A DNA stretch of 64,000 bases from Gemmatimonas phototrophica (GCA_945869195.1 CAMBNV010000008.1:1367-65366), one strand, 5' to 3'; numbered from the stretch's first letter, positions 10,383 to 20,581 are shown. Numbers and translations: made by a program. The notes: generated by a model from the sequence alone, not told the origin.

Positions 10383-11321
10383 TCAGGCGTGGAGTACGGC
10401 GGCAAACAACGTCGGTCCCTTGGCCTGGGGTGCGGCGGGTAGTGCGTGGTGACGCACGCGGCTAAATCCGGCCGCTGTCGCCCAGGTGGTCAGTTGCGCC
10501 GCGTCGAAGCCCAGCCAGACATGACCCATCGTCTGTCGATACTCGGCGCGGTCGTGCGGGAGCATGTCGATGACCAGCAGGCGGCCGCCACCGGTGCGTA
10601 ACGTGCGGCGGATCTCAGTCAGCGCGACGACCGGATCGGAGACGTAGTGCATCACCAGCGAGAGCACGGCGATGTCGAGTGCCGCGTCAACGATCGGCAA
10701 TGCCTCTAGCGACCCTTCTCGGATGTCGACGTTTGCATACGTCATGAGTCGCGCGCGGGCCGCCGTGAGCATCGCCGCCGACTCGTCCACCGCGATCACC
10801 TGGCGCACGAACGGGGCAACGACTTCAGCGAGCTGTCCCGTACCGCAACCAAGGTCACCGAGCGTGGCACCTGCGTCGAGTAGTCCCACGAGGGCGAAGA
10901 GTTCAGTGCGCGAACCAAAGAGATCGGACCGCACACGATCCCATTGCCCTGCAGAGCTCGCGAAAAACGCCTGCGAGCGGGTGTGACGGTCCGCAAGCAC
11001 GCTCTTCACCCGCTCCGCGTCTCGGCGCGCAGCCGTGACGCTCTGCGCCTCCTCGCGCACCGCTTCCCAGAGCCGCTGGGAGGGGGCGTCGAGCAGGCGT
11101 CCGTCGTGTCGGTAGCGGTTTGACGTCCCGTCTTCCCGCGCGACGAGCCACCCGGCGTCTGTGAGGACCTTGAGGTGTCGGCTCACGGTCGACTGCGGGA
11201 GCTGCAGCACCGCGCGCAACTCAGACACCGTCAACTCGTGGCGCTCCAAAACGAGGAGGAGCCGCGTGCGAATAGGGTCGGCGAGTGCCGAGAGCCGGTC
11301 GTGGAGGGGTGGTCTATTCAT
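10383..11321 (-). CDS. sahR: ArsR-HTH plus SAM-methyltransferase-fold regulator (SahR-like)
   Basis: N-terminal ArsR HTH (ALADPIRTRLL..QSTVSRHLKVL) and C-terminal DLGCGTG domain; directly upstream of ahcY; start moved to M23 of the track ORF. Confidence 0.8.
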   Translation of the reverse strand: MNRPPLHDRLSALADPIRTRLLLVLERHELTVSELRAVLQLPQSTVSRHLKVLTDAGWLVAREDGTSNRYRHDGRLLDAPSQRLWEAVREEAQSVTAARRDAERVKSVLADRHTRSQAFFASSAGQWDRVRSDLFGSRTELFALVGLLDAGATLGDLGCGTGQLAEVVAPFVRQVIAVDESAAMLTAARARLMTYANVDIREGSLEALPIVDAALDIAVLSLVMHYVSDPVVALTEIRRTLRTGGGRLLVIDMLPHDRAEYRQTMGHVWLGFDAAQLTTWATAAGFSRVRHHALPAAPQAKGPTLFAAVLHA

Positions 11322-11366
11322 CCGTATATCCGGATGAAAGGTTACACCACCGAGATCCGCAGTCAA
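11317..11366 (-). promoter_or_regulatory. Sigma70-type promoter and palindromic operator of sahR-ahcY
   Basis: TTGACT (11366-11361), 16-nt spacer, TAACCT (11344-11339); inverted repeat TTCATCCG-6-CGGATGAA at 11317-11338 overlapping the start codon. Confidence 0.75.
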
Positions 11367-11528
11367 CCCCTGTCGGGACCGATGCACCGACGGTCGCGCT
11401 GGAACGGCTCACCTACGACGGGGCCCACGGCACACCCTGAGCCTCGGCAGGCGGGCTTCCTGAGCGATCTTTCGCTGTCCAAAAAAGCGACGCCACTACT
11501 ATGCTCGCGATGCAGCAGATCTTGACCC

Positions 11529-12137
11529 TCACGACTGTCCACGCTCGAGCGCGGCGGTGTCTTTTACCAGGTCGCCACCCACGTAGCAGTGCATCCCGAC
11601 ATGATGCAGATCGGCGCGAGCGAACTGTCGCAAATACGCTCGGGTACTGCGATGATGCCAGTCGGCGTGGTCACCCTCAATCTCGTCGGCAGTCGTGTAC
11701 GCCTCGAGATACGCTGCGCCGCCGAGGAGCGACGCGATCGCGTCGAGACCAGGCGTGAGCTCGCTGGTCGGCACATAGTGCAGCACGTCGCAGACCACGA
11801 TGAGATCGAACGGCCCCTTGAGCCTGAGCGCGCCGAGGGTCCCGAAGGTCCCCTGGACAATCCCGCGCGAGGCTCCGAAGCGCTGCACCGCATACGCGCT
11901 CGACTCCACGCCCACATACCGCACATTGGGCCGTACGCGCATCAACTGCGCGCGCCAGGGCGCCTCACCACACCCGACATCAAGGACCGATCGAATGGGA
12001 CGCTCAAGCAGCGACTCGGCGATGCTCATCACAAGATGGACTTTTCGCGCGACCGCCGCGGGCCTGATCACGCGCCGCTCGGGGTCGTGGTACCAACGCC
12101 GGTAGTACTCCTCGTCATAGGCTTTCTGATCGGTCAT
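11529..12137 (-). CDS. Class I SAM-dependent methyltransferase
   Basis: VLDVGCG motif I; FDLIVVCDVLHY. Confidence 0.85.
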   Translation of the reverse strand: MTDQKAYDEEYYRRWYHDPERRVIRPAAVARKVHLVMSIAESLLERPIRSVLDVGCGEAPWRAQLMRVRPNVRYVGVESSAYAVQRFGASRGIVQGTFGTLGALRLKGPFDLIVVCDVLHYVPTSELTPGLDAIASLLGGAAYLEAYTTADEIEGDHADWHHRSTRAYLRQFARADLHHVGMHCYVGGDLVKDTAALERGQS

Positions 12138-12154
12138 CGGGCGGGCGCTCTGGC

Positions 12155-12216
12155 GGTCCAGTGTGGTCCAGTGTGGTCCAGTGTCGTCCAGTGTCGTACA
12201 GTGTGGTACAGTGTCG
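12155..12216. repeat. Intergenic 10-bp tandem repeat, 6 copies of SGTMCAGTGT
   Basis: GGTCCAGTGT x3, CGTCCAGTGT, CGTACAGTGT, GGTACAGTGT read directly from sequence. Confidence 0.95.
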
Positions 12217-12222
12217 AGAACG

Positions 12223-12894
12223 TCAGCCCGCGTACATCAGACCGCAGCCCACGCTCTGCGCATGACTCGTAGCGAAGATGCCAGAGGGCATCCGGACCAC
12301 GCCGGGAACGATGTGGTCGGTGATCAACTGCCGGGCATCCGCACGAGGGATGCTGCGCCGCGTCGCGATCTGCCCGGCGACGTTGTCGAGTGCGAGATCA
12401 CAGGCGAGTACGATCACGCCGCGGGCGATGAGGTTGTCCAGTGCGCCGTCGCGCCAGCCGAGCGCGAATTTCGCACCAGTCGGGACGTTGGCGAACGGAT
12501 TGCGCTTGGTGGGCTCACCCGAGACGGGGTCCTTGAGTGATTCTTTTTCGCCAAAGGCGCCATCGGCCCAGAGTGCATCGCCGAGCACCATTGGCACGGC
12601 TGCATGCCGGATGATCAGGACGGCCGAGAGTTCGGAGTCCTTGAGCCCATAGACCGTATTGTAGCCGGCGAGAAAGGAGCGGACCTGATGGAGCGCGATC
12701 CCGTCCCGCACTTCGGGTGCGTCAAAGGCCATCCGGTACTTCGCCGTCACTCGGCTCGCCCACGACATATCGTAGCTGCGCTGCGCTTGCGGTGCGGACT
12801 GCGCCTCGAGGAGGTCGGCTGCGAATGCGCCGGCCGCAGCCGAACCCGCGGCGATCAGCGAAGCCCGACGGAGAAATTCACGGCGCTGGGTCAT
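12223..12894 (-). CDS. Tat-exported hypothetical protein, possibly DsrE-like fold
   Basis: MTQRREFLRR Tat motif; VLIIRH..VPM and GVIVLACDLAL..GVVRMPSG pattern; fold call tentative. Confidence 0.6.
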   Translation of the reverse strand: MTQRREFLRRASLIAAGSAAAGAFAADLLEAQSAPQAQRSYDMSWASRVTAKYRMAFDAPEVRDGIALHQVRSFLAGYNTVYGLKDSELSAVLIIRHAAVPMVLGDALWADGAFGEKESLKDPVSGEPTKRNPFANVPTGAKFALGWRDGALDNLIARGVIVLACDLALDNVAGQIATRRSIPRADARQLITDHIVPGVVRMPSGIFATSHAQSVGCGLMYAG

Positions 12895-13444
12895 TCGGCG
12901 GGCTCGTGGATGGGGTGAGGGATGCGTCGAGGTGCGCGGCCTGATCGTCCTCGCGCCAGAGCAGCAACGCGAGCAGCATAGCCCCGGTGGTGACGCCGAT
13001 GTCTGCCACATTGAAGGTCCAGAAGCGCCAGCTCGTTGTGCCCATGTCGATAAAGTCGACGACGCCCTTCGTGTGGCGGAGTCGATCGACAAGGTTGCCA
13101 AAAGCGCCGCCCACAATGAGCGCCAGCGCCGCCGGGGTGGCACGTGAGAGGGGCGAGGCTTGACGATAGAGCTGAAACAGGTAGCCGATCATCCCCAGCG
13201 CGATCAGACTGAAGCCGATGCGCGACGCACTGCCGAGCGAGAGGTTCATCGCGGCGCCGGTATTGTACGTCAGCGTCCAGCGCAGCCAGGGCGCAACGAC
13301 CTCTTCTGGCAGGTGGAGCGTGAGCGCACGCTCGGCCCAGCGCTTCGTCAGGACGTCGACGATGGCCACGAGCAGCGCCAGCGACCAGAAGGTGCGGTCG
13401 CGCGGGCCAAACGCTGAGGGGTGCGGGGGCGTGGGATCGCTCAT
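12878..13444 (-). CDS. lspA: Lipoprotein signal peptidase II
   Basis: NTGAA, GGAFGNLVDR, VVDFI and FNVAD motifs; start moved to M85 of the track ORF. Confidence 0.93.
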   Translation of the reverse strand: MSDPTPPHPSAFGPRDRTFWSLALLVAIVDVLTKRWAERALTLHLPEEVVAPWLRWTLTYNTGAAMNLSLGSASRIGFSLIALGMIGYLFQLYRQASPLSRATPAALALIVGGAFGNLVDRLRHTKGVVDFIDMGTTSWRFWTFNVADIGVTTGAMLLALLLWREDDQAAHLDASLTPSTSPPNDPAP

Positions 13445-13574
13445 ACGAAGAGCAAAAGTTATCGACGCGGCGGTCCGATTGGTACAATCCGTAGGTAATA
13501 TCCGATTCGGCGGTGCCAGAGGGCGTGGCCCGCCAGTGATCGTCCCATCCGTTGGCCCACGCCCTGCCCCTCTC

Positions 13575-16088
13575 GTGCCTACGCTCCGCGGCGCACCACC
13601 ACTCCCGATTGACGCGGTGCTCCCCGAGCTGCTCGCGGCCCTCCGCGATACCAGGAGCGCGGTGCTCATGGCGCCGCCCGGCGCCGGCAAGACCACGCGG
13701 CTTCCACTCGCGTTGCTCGACGAACCGTGGGTGGCGGGTCAGCGGATCTTGGTGCTAGAGCCGCGACGGATTGCCGCGCGCGCCGCCGCCACGCAGATGG
13801 CGCGACTCCTTGGCGAAGAGCCGGGAGAGACCGTCGGGTATCGGGTGCGGCACGAGACACGTGTGGGCCCCCGCACCCGCATCGAAGTCGTCACCGAAGG
13901 GATCCTGACGCGGATGGTACAGGGCGACGCGTCCCTCGAGGGGATTGCCGCGGTGATCTTTGACGAGTTCCATGAACGGCACCTCACCGCCGATCTTGGA
14001 CTCGCGCTCACGCTCGAGTCGCGTGCGGTCCTGCGCCCCGACCTTCGCATTGTGGTGATGTCGGCCACACTCGAGGCGTCGCCGATCTCGGCCCTGCTCG
14101 ATGGAGCCCCCGTCATCGCGAGTGCGGGGCGCAGCTTTTCGGTGGAGACGCGCTGGTGCCCGCCCCGCGCTGGCGTGCCGGTCGCGCTCGCTGTCGCGAA
14201 CGCGGTCCGCGACAGCTGGGCGGCGAACGACGGCGACGTGCTCGTCTTTCTTCCCGGCATCGCTGAGATAGACCGGGTGCGCCGGAATCTCGCCGCGGGC
14301 GGAACGCTCGGTGATGCCGAGCTGCTACTGCTGCACGGCGGACTGACGCTCGCGGAACAGGATCAGGTCCTGCGACGGCGGAGCGAGCGACGCCGCGTCG
14401 TGCTCTCCACGGCGATCGCCGAATCGTCGGTGACGCTCGACGCCGTTCGCGTCGTGGTCGATTCTGGCCTCGCGCGCCTGCCTCGCTTCTCGCCCCGCAC
14501 TGGCATGACGCGCCTTGAGACGACGCGCGTCTCGCAGGCCTCGGCAGACCAGCGCCGTGGTCGCGCCGGCCGCGTGGCACCGGGTGTCTGCGTGCGACTC
14601 TGGAGCGAAGGCGACCACCAGTCGCTCCCGGCGCGGACCGTGCCGGAGCTGCTCGAGGCCGATCTCGCGCCGCTCGCGCTCGAACTGGCCTGCGCGGGCA
14701 TCGCCGACGCCGAGGCACTGCGGTGGTTGGATCGACCACCCGCAGGCGCGCTGGCGCAGGGGCGTGCCCTCCTCACCGACCTCGGAGCGCTCGACCACGG
14801 AGGACGCGTCACGGAGCATGGCCGCGCGATGGCCGCGCTCGGGATCGCCCCGCGTCTGGCGCACCTCGTGCTCATCGGTGGCGCTGGCGGCGCAGCGACA
14901 CTCGCCTGCGAGGTCGCGGCGCTGCTCTCGGAGCGCGACATTCTGCGGCCCGACTCGGCGGCATACGACCACGACCTGCGCACGCGCGTGGACGCGCTGC
15001 GCGACCGCGCGCGCGGCGTGGAGGTGGACCGCGGCCGAGTCGACCGCGTGCGTCAGGAGGCCCGCGCCCTGCGCCGATCGCTCGCCGCGAACGCGAGCGA
15101 CGTGCACGAAGACCCCGCGCGGGCCGGCGCGCTCATCGCACTCGCCTACCCCGACCGAATTGCGATGCGGCGCAGCGGCGAGGCGCCGCGCTACCAGCTG
15201 CGCAATGGGCGCGGCGCGCGACTCGAACTCGCGGAGCCGCTCGGACGGGAAAAATTTCTTGCGATCGCGGAGCTCGACGGCGATCCAGCCGAGAGCCGGA
15301 TCTGGCTCGCCGCGCCACTTGACGAGGACGAGGTGCGCGCTGCACTGGGGGCCGCAATCATTGTCGAGCGCGAGGTCGCTTGGGATGCGCGCACCGAGTC
15401 CGTTCGCGCAGTCGAACGCGAGCGGGCAGGTGCGCTCGTACTGCGCGAGCGCGTGCCGCGTGACGTTGCGCCGGCCGAAATCACGGACGCGCTGGTCAGT
15501 AAGCTGCGCTCGGCGGGCGTCGGGATGCTGCCCTGGTCGAGTGCCGCGGTGGCGCTGCGGTCGCGGCTCGCCTTCGCCCATGCGATCGCGCCGGCCGACT
15601 TCGCCGACGTGAGTGATGCCGCGCTCGACGCTCGGCTGGACGAGTGGCTCCGTCCTGCGATTGGTGCGGCGAAACGATTAAGCGACATCGCCCGCCTGGA
15701 TCTCGGCGCGGCACTGGTCGATGCGTTGCCATGGAAAGCGCGCGCACGCCTTGAGACACTCGCGCCGACACACTTCGCGGTGCCGAGCGGATCGCGGATC
15801 CCGATTGACTACGCGGATCCCGCAGCGCCGGTTCTCGCCGTCCGGCTACAGGAGATGTTCGGCCTCCTGGAGACTCCGCGCGTGGGCGAGGGGCGCGTGC
15901 CGCTCACCATCCATCTCCTCTCCCCCGCACACCGCCCGGTGCAGGTGACGCGCGATCTCGAGAGCTTCTGGCGCAGCGGATACTTCGAGGTCCGACGTGA
16001 TTTAAAGGCGCGCTACCCGCGGCATCACTGGCCCGATGATCCGGTCCTGGCCGTAGCGACGAAGCGCGTGAAGCCGCGCGGGACGTGA
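13575..16088 (+). CDS. hrpB: ATP-dependent helicase HrpB
   Basis: APPGAGKTT, DEFHER, MSAT, TAIAESSVT, QRRGRAGR, C-terminal LLSPAHRPVQVTRDL; start uncertain (GTG at 13536 or 13575). Confidence 0.92.
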   Translation: MPTLRGAPPLPIDAVLPELLAALRDTRSAVLMAPPGAGKTTRLPLALLDEPWVAGQRILVLEPRRIAARAAATQMARLLGEEPGETVGYRVRHETRVGPRTRIEVVTEGILTRMVQGDASLEGIAAVIFDEFHERHLTADLGLALTLESRAVLRPDLRIVVMSATLEASPISALLDGAPVIASAGRSFSVETRWCPPRAGVPVALAVANAVRDSWAANDGDVLVFLPGIAEIDRVRRNLAAGGTLGDAELLLLHGGLTLAEQDQVLRRRSERRRVVLSTAIAESSVTLDAVRVVVDSGLARLPRFSPRTGMTRLETTRVSQASADQRRGRAGRVAPGVCVRLWSEGDHQSLPARTVPELLEADLAPLALELACAGIADAEALRWLDRPPAGALAQGRALLTDLGALDHGGRVTEHGRAMAALGIAPRLAHLVLIGGAGGAATLACEVAALLSERDILRPDSAAYDHDLRTRVDALRDRARGVEVDRGRVDRVRQEARALRRSLAANASDVHEDPARAGALIALAYPDRIAMRRSGEAPRYQLRNGRGARLELAEPLGREKFLAIAELDGDPAESRIWLAAPLDEDEVRAALGAAIIVEREVAWDARTESVRAVERERAGALVLRERVPRDVAPAEITDALVSKLRSAGVGMLPWSSAAVALRSRLAFAHAIAPADFADVSDAALDARLDEWLRPAIGAAKRLSDIARLDLGAALVDALPWKARARLETLAPTHFAVPSGSRIPIDYADPAAPVLAVRLQEMFGLLETPRVGEGRVPLTIHLLSPAHRPVQVTRDLESFWRSGYFEVRRDLKARYPRHHWPDDPVLAVATKRVKPRGT

Positions 16089-16113
16089 ACGAGGCGGCGG
16101 CGCGCCCGAGGGT

Positions 16114-16554
16114 TCAGATACCGAACTGCCGGAAGTGATGATTGATATGCTTATAGCCGAGGACGCCCCAATCGCGCGCGCTGATCGTGCCGAACGCGGG
16201 ATGCACTGGCACCGCGGTGCCAGGGGGCGGCTCGCGTACGGCATCAATCGCCGCGCGCAGCGTCGCAACGTCGCGACTCCAGTCCGCTGGCTCACGCGCA
16301 AGGAGTAATGGCGCGGTGGGCGCACGCCGGGGAAACGGCAGGAGGTGAATAAAGAGAGGCCGAATCAAAAACTGCAACGGCAGCGGCTGCGCCGGCACCT
16401 GCAGCTCACCCGACGCCATCCTGCTCGCCTCGAGGAGATGTGTGAGCATCTGGGGCGCCGTAAAGCAGCCCCACCGGGGGGGACGGTCGGCTGTTAGGTG
16501 CGACAGACGTTCAACAAGCTCGCGACGACGATCGGCTGAGTAGAGAGTGGGCAT
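16114..16554 (-). CDS. DinB-like / DUF1569 protein
   Basis: WG..TAPQMLTH and HPAFGTISARDWG..YKHINHHFRQF. Confidence 0.8.
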   Translation of the reverse strand: MPTLYSADRRRELVERLSHLTADRPPRWGCFTAPQMLTHLLEASRMASGELQVPAQPLPLQFLIRPLFIHLLPFPRRAPTAPLLLAREPADWSRDVATLRAAIDAVREPPPGTAVPVHPAFGTISARDWGVLGYKHINHHFRQFGI

Positions 16555-16597
16555 AGTCCATAAAAGTCGATGTCAGCGAGCCGACCGCGTTCGAGCG

Positions 16598-18136
16598 TTA
16601 CGCGCGGAAAATCCCTGGCTTCCCGTGCTCGACGCGAAAGGTGGCAGGCGTCGTGACCGGCGCCCCCGGCCGCTCCACGTACGCCACCTCGCGATACGCG
16701 GTGGTCCACGCGTCGGGCTGCACATCGCACACCATGTAGCCCCGGCGCGCACTATGCCATTTCACATGGGGATTCTCTGGCAGCGCCGCGGCAGCGTCGC
16801 GCCACATCGCCTCACCGTCCCCGCCCGAAGCAAGTGAGGTTCCCACGAACTCCGCCGCCACGACCTCGCGACCGGGGCGATCGAAACCCTCGTGCAGTTC
16901 GTTCACCCAGTTGGAATGCACGTCACCGGTGAGGACGACGGTGCGGTTCTTTGCTTTCGTCGTGATATCGGCCAGCAAGCGATCGCGGTTGGCCGGATAC
17001 CCGCTCCATCCATCCATATACAGTTTGGTCTCGGGTCCTGTCGCGCCGTCGAACGGCGCGACAGGCACCTGCTGACCCAGCACCTGCCAACGCGAATGCG
17101 AAGCGGCGAGTCCGTCGCTCAACCACCGCTCCTGCTGCGCGCCCAGGATCGTGCGCGCCGGGTTCCCCCAGTCGCCGCACGGGACGGCTTGGGTCCCGTC
17201 GCCACAGGCTTGGTCGTCCCGATACTGGCGCGTGTCGAGCATCCAGAAACGCGCGAGTGCCCCCCAGTCGGTGGTGCGCCGAATGTCGAGGTCGGCCCAC
17301 GAGCGTGCACGCGGCACCCGCACAGGCTGGTGCTCCCACCAGGCCTGATACGCCGCCGCGCGTCGGGCACGTAACTCCTCTGCCGACTCCATGACATTCT
17401 CGCCAACGTCGTTGGCGTAATTGTTGTCGACTTCGTGGTCATCCCAGGTGACGAGCCAGGGGCACATCTCATGCGCGGCCTGAAGCATCGGGTCGAGCTT
17501 GTACTGACTGTAACGCGCGCGGTAATCCCCGACCGTCTGAATCTCAAATGAGTGGTGCGTGCGCACCGCCCCGGCGCGGGGGCCGTACTCGTAGATATAG
17601 TCACCGAGATGCGTGACGAGATCACACCGCTCGCGCGAGAGGTGGTCGAGCGCGGTGAACAGTCCCTGTTCGTAGTTCTGGCACGACGCCACGCCGAGCC
17701 GGAGAGGGGTCATCGCACCCGCCGCCGGCGTGGTGCGTACGCGCCCGACCGGGCTCGTCGCATCACCCGACCTGAACCGATAAAAGTACCAGCGATCGGC
17801 CGCGAGGCCGTCGAGCTCGACGTGCACGCTATACGCGAGCTCGGGGGCCGCGGTGTACCGACCGCGACGCACCACCTTAGTGAACGCCTCGTCGTCCGCG
17901 ACCTCCCAGTCGATGAGCGGGCGAATCCCCGGCATGCCGCCCTCCGGCTCGAACGGCCGAGGCGCGAGCCGCGTCCACAGCACAGCACCGCCACTGGTCG
18001 GATCCCCACTCGCGACACCGAGCGTGAACGGGTCGTCCACAAAACGCGGCCGCGCGACAACGCGCCAGTCGTTCGGCACGGCCGAACAGAGCGCCGCATA
18101 GCGCGCGATGTCCGAGAGAAAACGACGACGTTCCAT
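16598..18136 (-). CDS. phoD: Alkaline phosphatase D family, Tat-exported
   Basis: ERRRF signal; FTLGVASGDP, ASCQNY, HLGDYIYE, WDDHEVDNN, LDTRQYRD, LTGDVH. Confidence 0.92.
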   Translation of the reverse strand: MERRRFLSDIARYAALCSAVPNDWRVVARPRFVDDPFTLGVASGDPTSGGAVLWTRLAPRPFEPEGGMPGIRPLIDWEVADDEAFTKVVRRGRYTAAPELAYSVHVELDGLAADRWYFYRFRSGDATSPVGRVRTTPAAGAMTPLRLGVASCQNYEQGLFTALDHLSRERCDLVTHLGDYIYEYGPRAGAVRTHHSFEIQTVGDYRARYSQYKLDPMLQAAHEMCPWLVTWDDHEVDNNYANDVGENVMESAEELRARRAAAYQAWWEHQPVRVPRARSWADLDIRRTTDWGALARFWMLDTRQYRDDQACGDGTQAVPCGDWGNPARTILGAQQERWLSDGLAASHSRWQVLGQQVPVAPFDGATGPETKLYMDGWSGYPANRDRLLADITTKAKNRTVVLTGDVHSNWVNELHEGFDRPGREVVAAEFVGTSLASGGDGEAMWRDAAAALPENPHVKWHSARRGYMVCDVQPDAWTTAYREVAYVERPGAPVTTPATFRVEHGKPGIFRA

Positions 18137-18175
18137 GGGGTGAACGAGGGGGAGGGGTCGGCGGTGCTTACGTGA

Positions 18176-20581
18176 TTACGGCCACGGCAGCGGAATCACG
18201 TCAAAGCGCGTGCGAGTCGCTGGGTCATTGTCTCCCGAGAGCGCACCCGCGATCTCGCGACGAGCCGATGCACGGAGTGCGCGATCAGCGGGTGTACCGC
18301 CGGTCGCAGTCGCGAGACGCTGATCCAGCTGTTCGAGGTGCATCGCCGCAACCGCACGGACGTCCGGCAGTGCGGCCTTGTCGCCGGCGCGGTCGAGCAA
18401 CGTATTGAGCACCACGCGCTGCACCGTGCGCCGAAGTGACTGCACCTGCGGATCGTCCGACGCGCTCGCGCCCCAGGTGCGGTCCACAATCGCCTGCAGC
18501 ACCTCGTCGACCGAGGGGTTCTGTGCGTCGCGCGCGCGGAAGAGTGCGACGCGAGCGAGACGTTCACGGTGCATAAGCCCCTCGAGCACCTCGGTGGCGA
18601 GCCCACCGGCCAGCGAAATTTCGTCGAAGGCCGTGCCGCCCGCCGAGCCGATCCATTCGAACTGCTGATCGCCACCCGGCGGGAGCGGCGGGATTAGCGC
18701 TTGCACGCGCTGGGGGACCGCGAGCGCGCGCGGCTCGAGCGCGTCGAGCGCCATCGCAAGCGCGCGCCGCTGGTCGGCTGCGGGGAGGATCGTCGTCGGC
18801 ACCTGACCGTCGCCTCGGTAGGCGTACCGAAAGTCCATGCCGCCGACATACTTCACCAACCCCTCCAACGAGTATCGGTGATGCAGGTAGACGTGAGCGA
18901 AGCGCATGTTGAGCAGATACATCGGATCGCCAGGCTTGATCGCCGTCTCATTAAACTTGTCGATCGCGACCCGACGCACCGCACTCGTCCGCTCGACGGC
19001 CTCGAACATCGTCTTGCCCTCGACCCAGCGCGTCACGTCAGGGATCGAGCCGGTCGCGTCGGCGTGCTGATCGGCGACGAAGCGCAGTCCGCGCCGCAAC
19101 CCCTCGTCCACAATCTTCTTGAGCCCGGCGGTCTCGCGCGCCGCGTCGGGATACCAGGTGTAGCCGTAACGCACCGTGAGCGAGTCCCAGCCGCCGGCGA
19201 ATGGCCGCCACGCCTTGGAGAGGTCGAGCGTGCCGCGCGCGTCCACCGTGATGAGCGGCACCGGATAATCCATCACCGACGCGCGGTCGCTGGCGTGGGC
19301 GATATAGTTGTGCGCGAAACCAATCGTGTGACCGATCTCATGCGCCACATGCTGCCGACGGCGCATCATGATAAAATCTTCGGCGCTCACGTTGAGTCCG
19401 TTCGGACCCGCCGCCGGGATGAGGCCGGCGTAGATGTTGTAGTCCACGAGTGAGCGCCAGGCGTCCATGCGGACCACGGTGCGCACAATCTCACCCGTAC
19501 GCGGGTCGGTGAAGGACGGGCCCACCGACGGACCGGTGCCAGCGCGGTGCACCCAGTAGACGAGGCTATAGCGCGCGTCCATGGGATCGACACCGGCGGG
19601 GAGTTCTTTTACTTGGAATCCGTTCTTCCAGCCCGCCGATTCAAACACCTTGTTCCACCAGTTGCCTCCCTGCAGAAAGGCGGTGCGATACGGCTCCGGG
19701 ATTCCGGGGTCGAGATAATAGACGACCGGCTTCACGGGCTCCGTGAGTTCGCCGCGCAGGTAGGCGGCAGGATCCTTGGGGACCAGGCGCCAGCGGTTTG
19801 CGTAACTCTCGCGATAGGTACCGTCAAAGCCCTGTGCAAAGTCCTGAAAGCTGGTGCTATTGACCCCCGAGCGTGCATCGGACTGTCGTGGCCGAAAACC
19901 CTCTAACGATGGCAGCTCGACGAGCGAGTGATGCACTTCAAAGGTCGGCGACGCTGCATCGGGCGCGGCACGGCGCAGCACGGCGCCCGGATTGTCCACC
20001 GCGAACGTCAGTACCGCATGGATCTCGGTGTTGAGTGGAAAGGCCTTCGTGCGTCCGGGCTCAATCCAGCTCCGATTAGCATCCACGCGCGCGTTGCCGC
20101 CCTGCGCGCGTCGGATGCTCTCCGCAATGCCATAGGTGTCCGTGAGAAAATATCCCGTCGCGTCTACCACCAGCACACCGTTGGCTTCCGACTCAATCGG
20201 GAACGACGCGACCACCGACGTCGCGAACGCCTCGCTCGCCGCGCGCGCGCCGGCCTCCGTTGCGCCGAGTGCGCGCACGCTCCAGTTGTCGCGCGTCAGG
20301 AGCACGCGTTTCCCGCGGCGCTCGAGGCGGACGATCGCGCTGCCTCCGGTCTGCCCGCGATCAAGGCCGAGTGCACCGTTGCCGCCGCCGGTTGCAAGCA
20401 CGCTCTGATGCATGAAATCGCGATCGAGCCGCACGGCCGGAACCTCCAGGAGGACCTTATTGCGATCGGCATCAACCCGCACGCCAATGAAGCTCTCTTG
20501 CGCGGGGAGCCTCGTGGAAAGCGTCGCGCCCCCCACGACAACGACGGCGGCGAACGCGAGCAGGGATCGGAAGGAACGCAT
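18176..20581 (-). CDS. Exported zinc-dependent metzincin protease (DUF5117/DUF4953 type)
   Basis: HEIGHTIGFAHN (HExxHxxGxxH), Met-turn SVMDY, signal peptide. Confidence 0.85.
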   Translation of the reverse strand: MRSFRSLLAFAAVVVVGGATLSTRLPAQESFIGVRVDADRNKVLLEVPAVRLDRDFMHQSVLATGGGNGALGLDRGQTGGSAIVRLERRGKRVLLTRDNWSVRALGATEAGARAASEAFATSVVASFPIESEANGVLVVDATGYFLTDTYGIAESIRRAQGGNARVDANRSWIEPGRTKAFPLNTEIHAVLTFAVDNPGAVLRRAAPDAASPTFEVHHSLVELPSLEGFRPRQSDARSGVNSTSFQDFAQGFDGTYRESYANRWRLVPKDPAAYLRGELTEPVKPVVYYLDPGIPEPYRTAFLQGGNWWNKVFESAGWKNGFQVKELPAGVDPMDARYSLVYWVHRAGTGPSVGPSFTDPRTGEIVRTVVRMDAWRSLVDYNIYAGLIPAAGPNGLNVSAEDFIMMRRRQHVAHEIGHTIGFAHNYIAHASDRASVMDYPVPLITVDARGTLDLSKAWRPFAGGWDSLTVRYGYTWYPDAARETAGLKKIVDEGLRRGLRFVADQHADATGSIPDVTRWVEGKTMFEAVERTSAVRRVAIDKFNETAIKPGDPMYLLNMRFAHVYLHHRYSLEGLVKYVGGMDFRYAYRGDGQVPTTILPAADQRRALAMALDALEPRALAVPQRVQALIPPLPPGGDQQFEWIGSAGGTAFDEISLAGGLATEVLEGLMHRERLARVALFRARDAQNPSVDEVLQAIVDRTWGASASDDPQVQSLRRTVQRVVLNTLLDRAGDKAALPDVRAVAAMHLEQLDQRLATATGGTPADRALRASARREIAGALSGDNDPATRTRFDVIPLPWP

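Noticed and set aside
10267-11528. SAH or SAM riboswitch near ahcY
   Set aside because: A GCCGAGGCTCAG segment near 11440 is suggestive, but the P1 complement and the AGCGCTGC core are missing and it lies upstream of the predicted promoter. A protein operator explains the regulation.
12155-12216. CRISPR-like array
   Set aside because: 10-bp units without spacers, and no cas genes.
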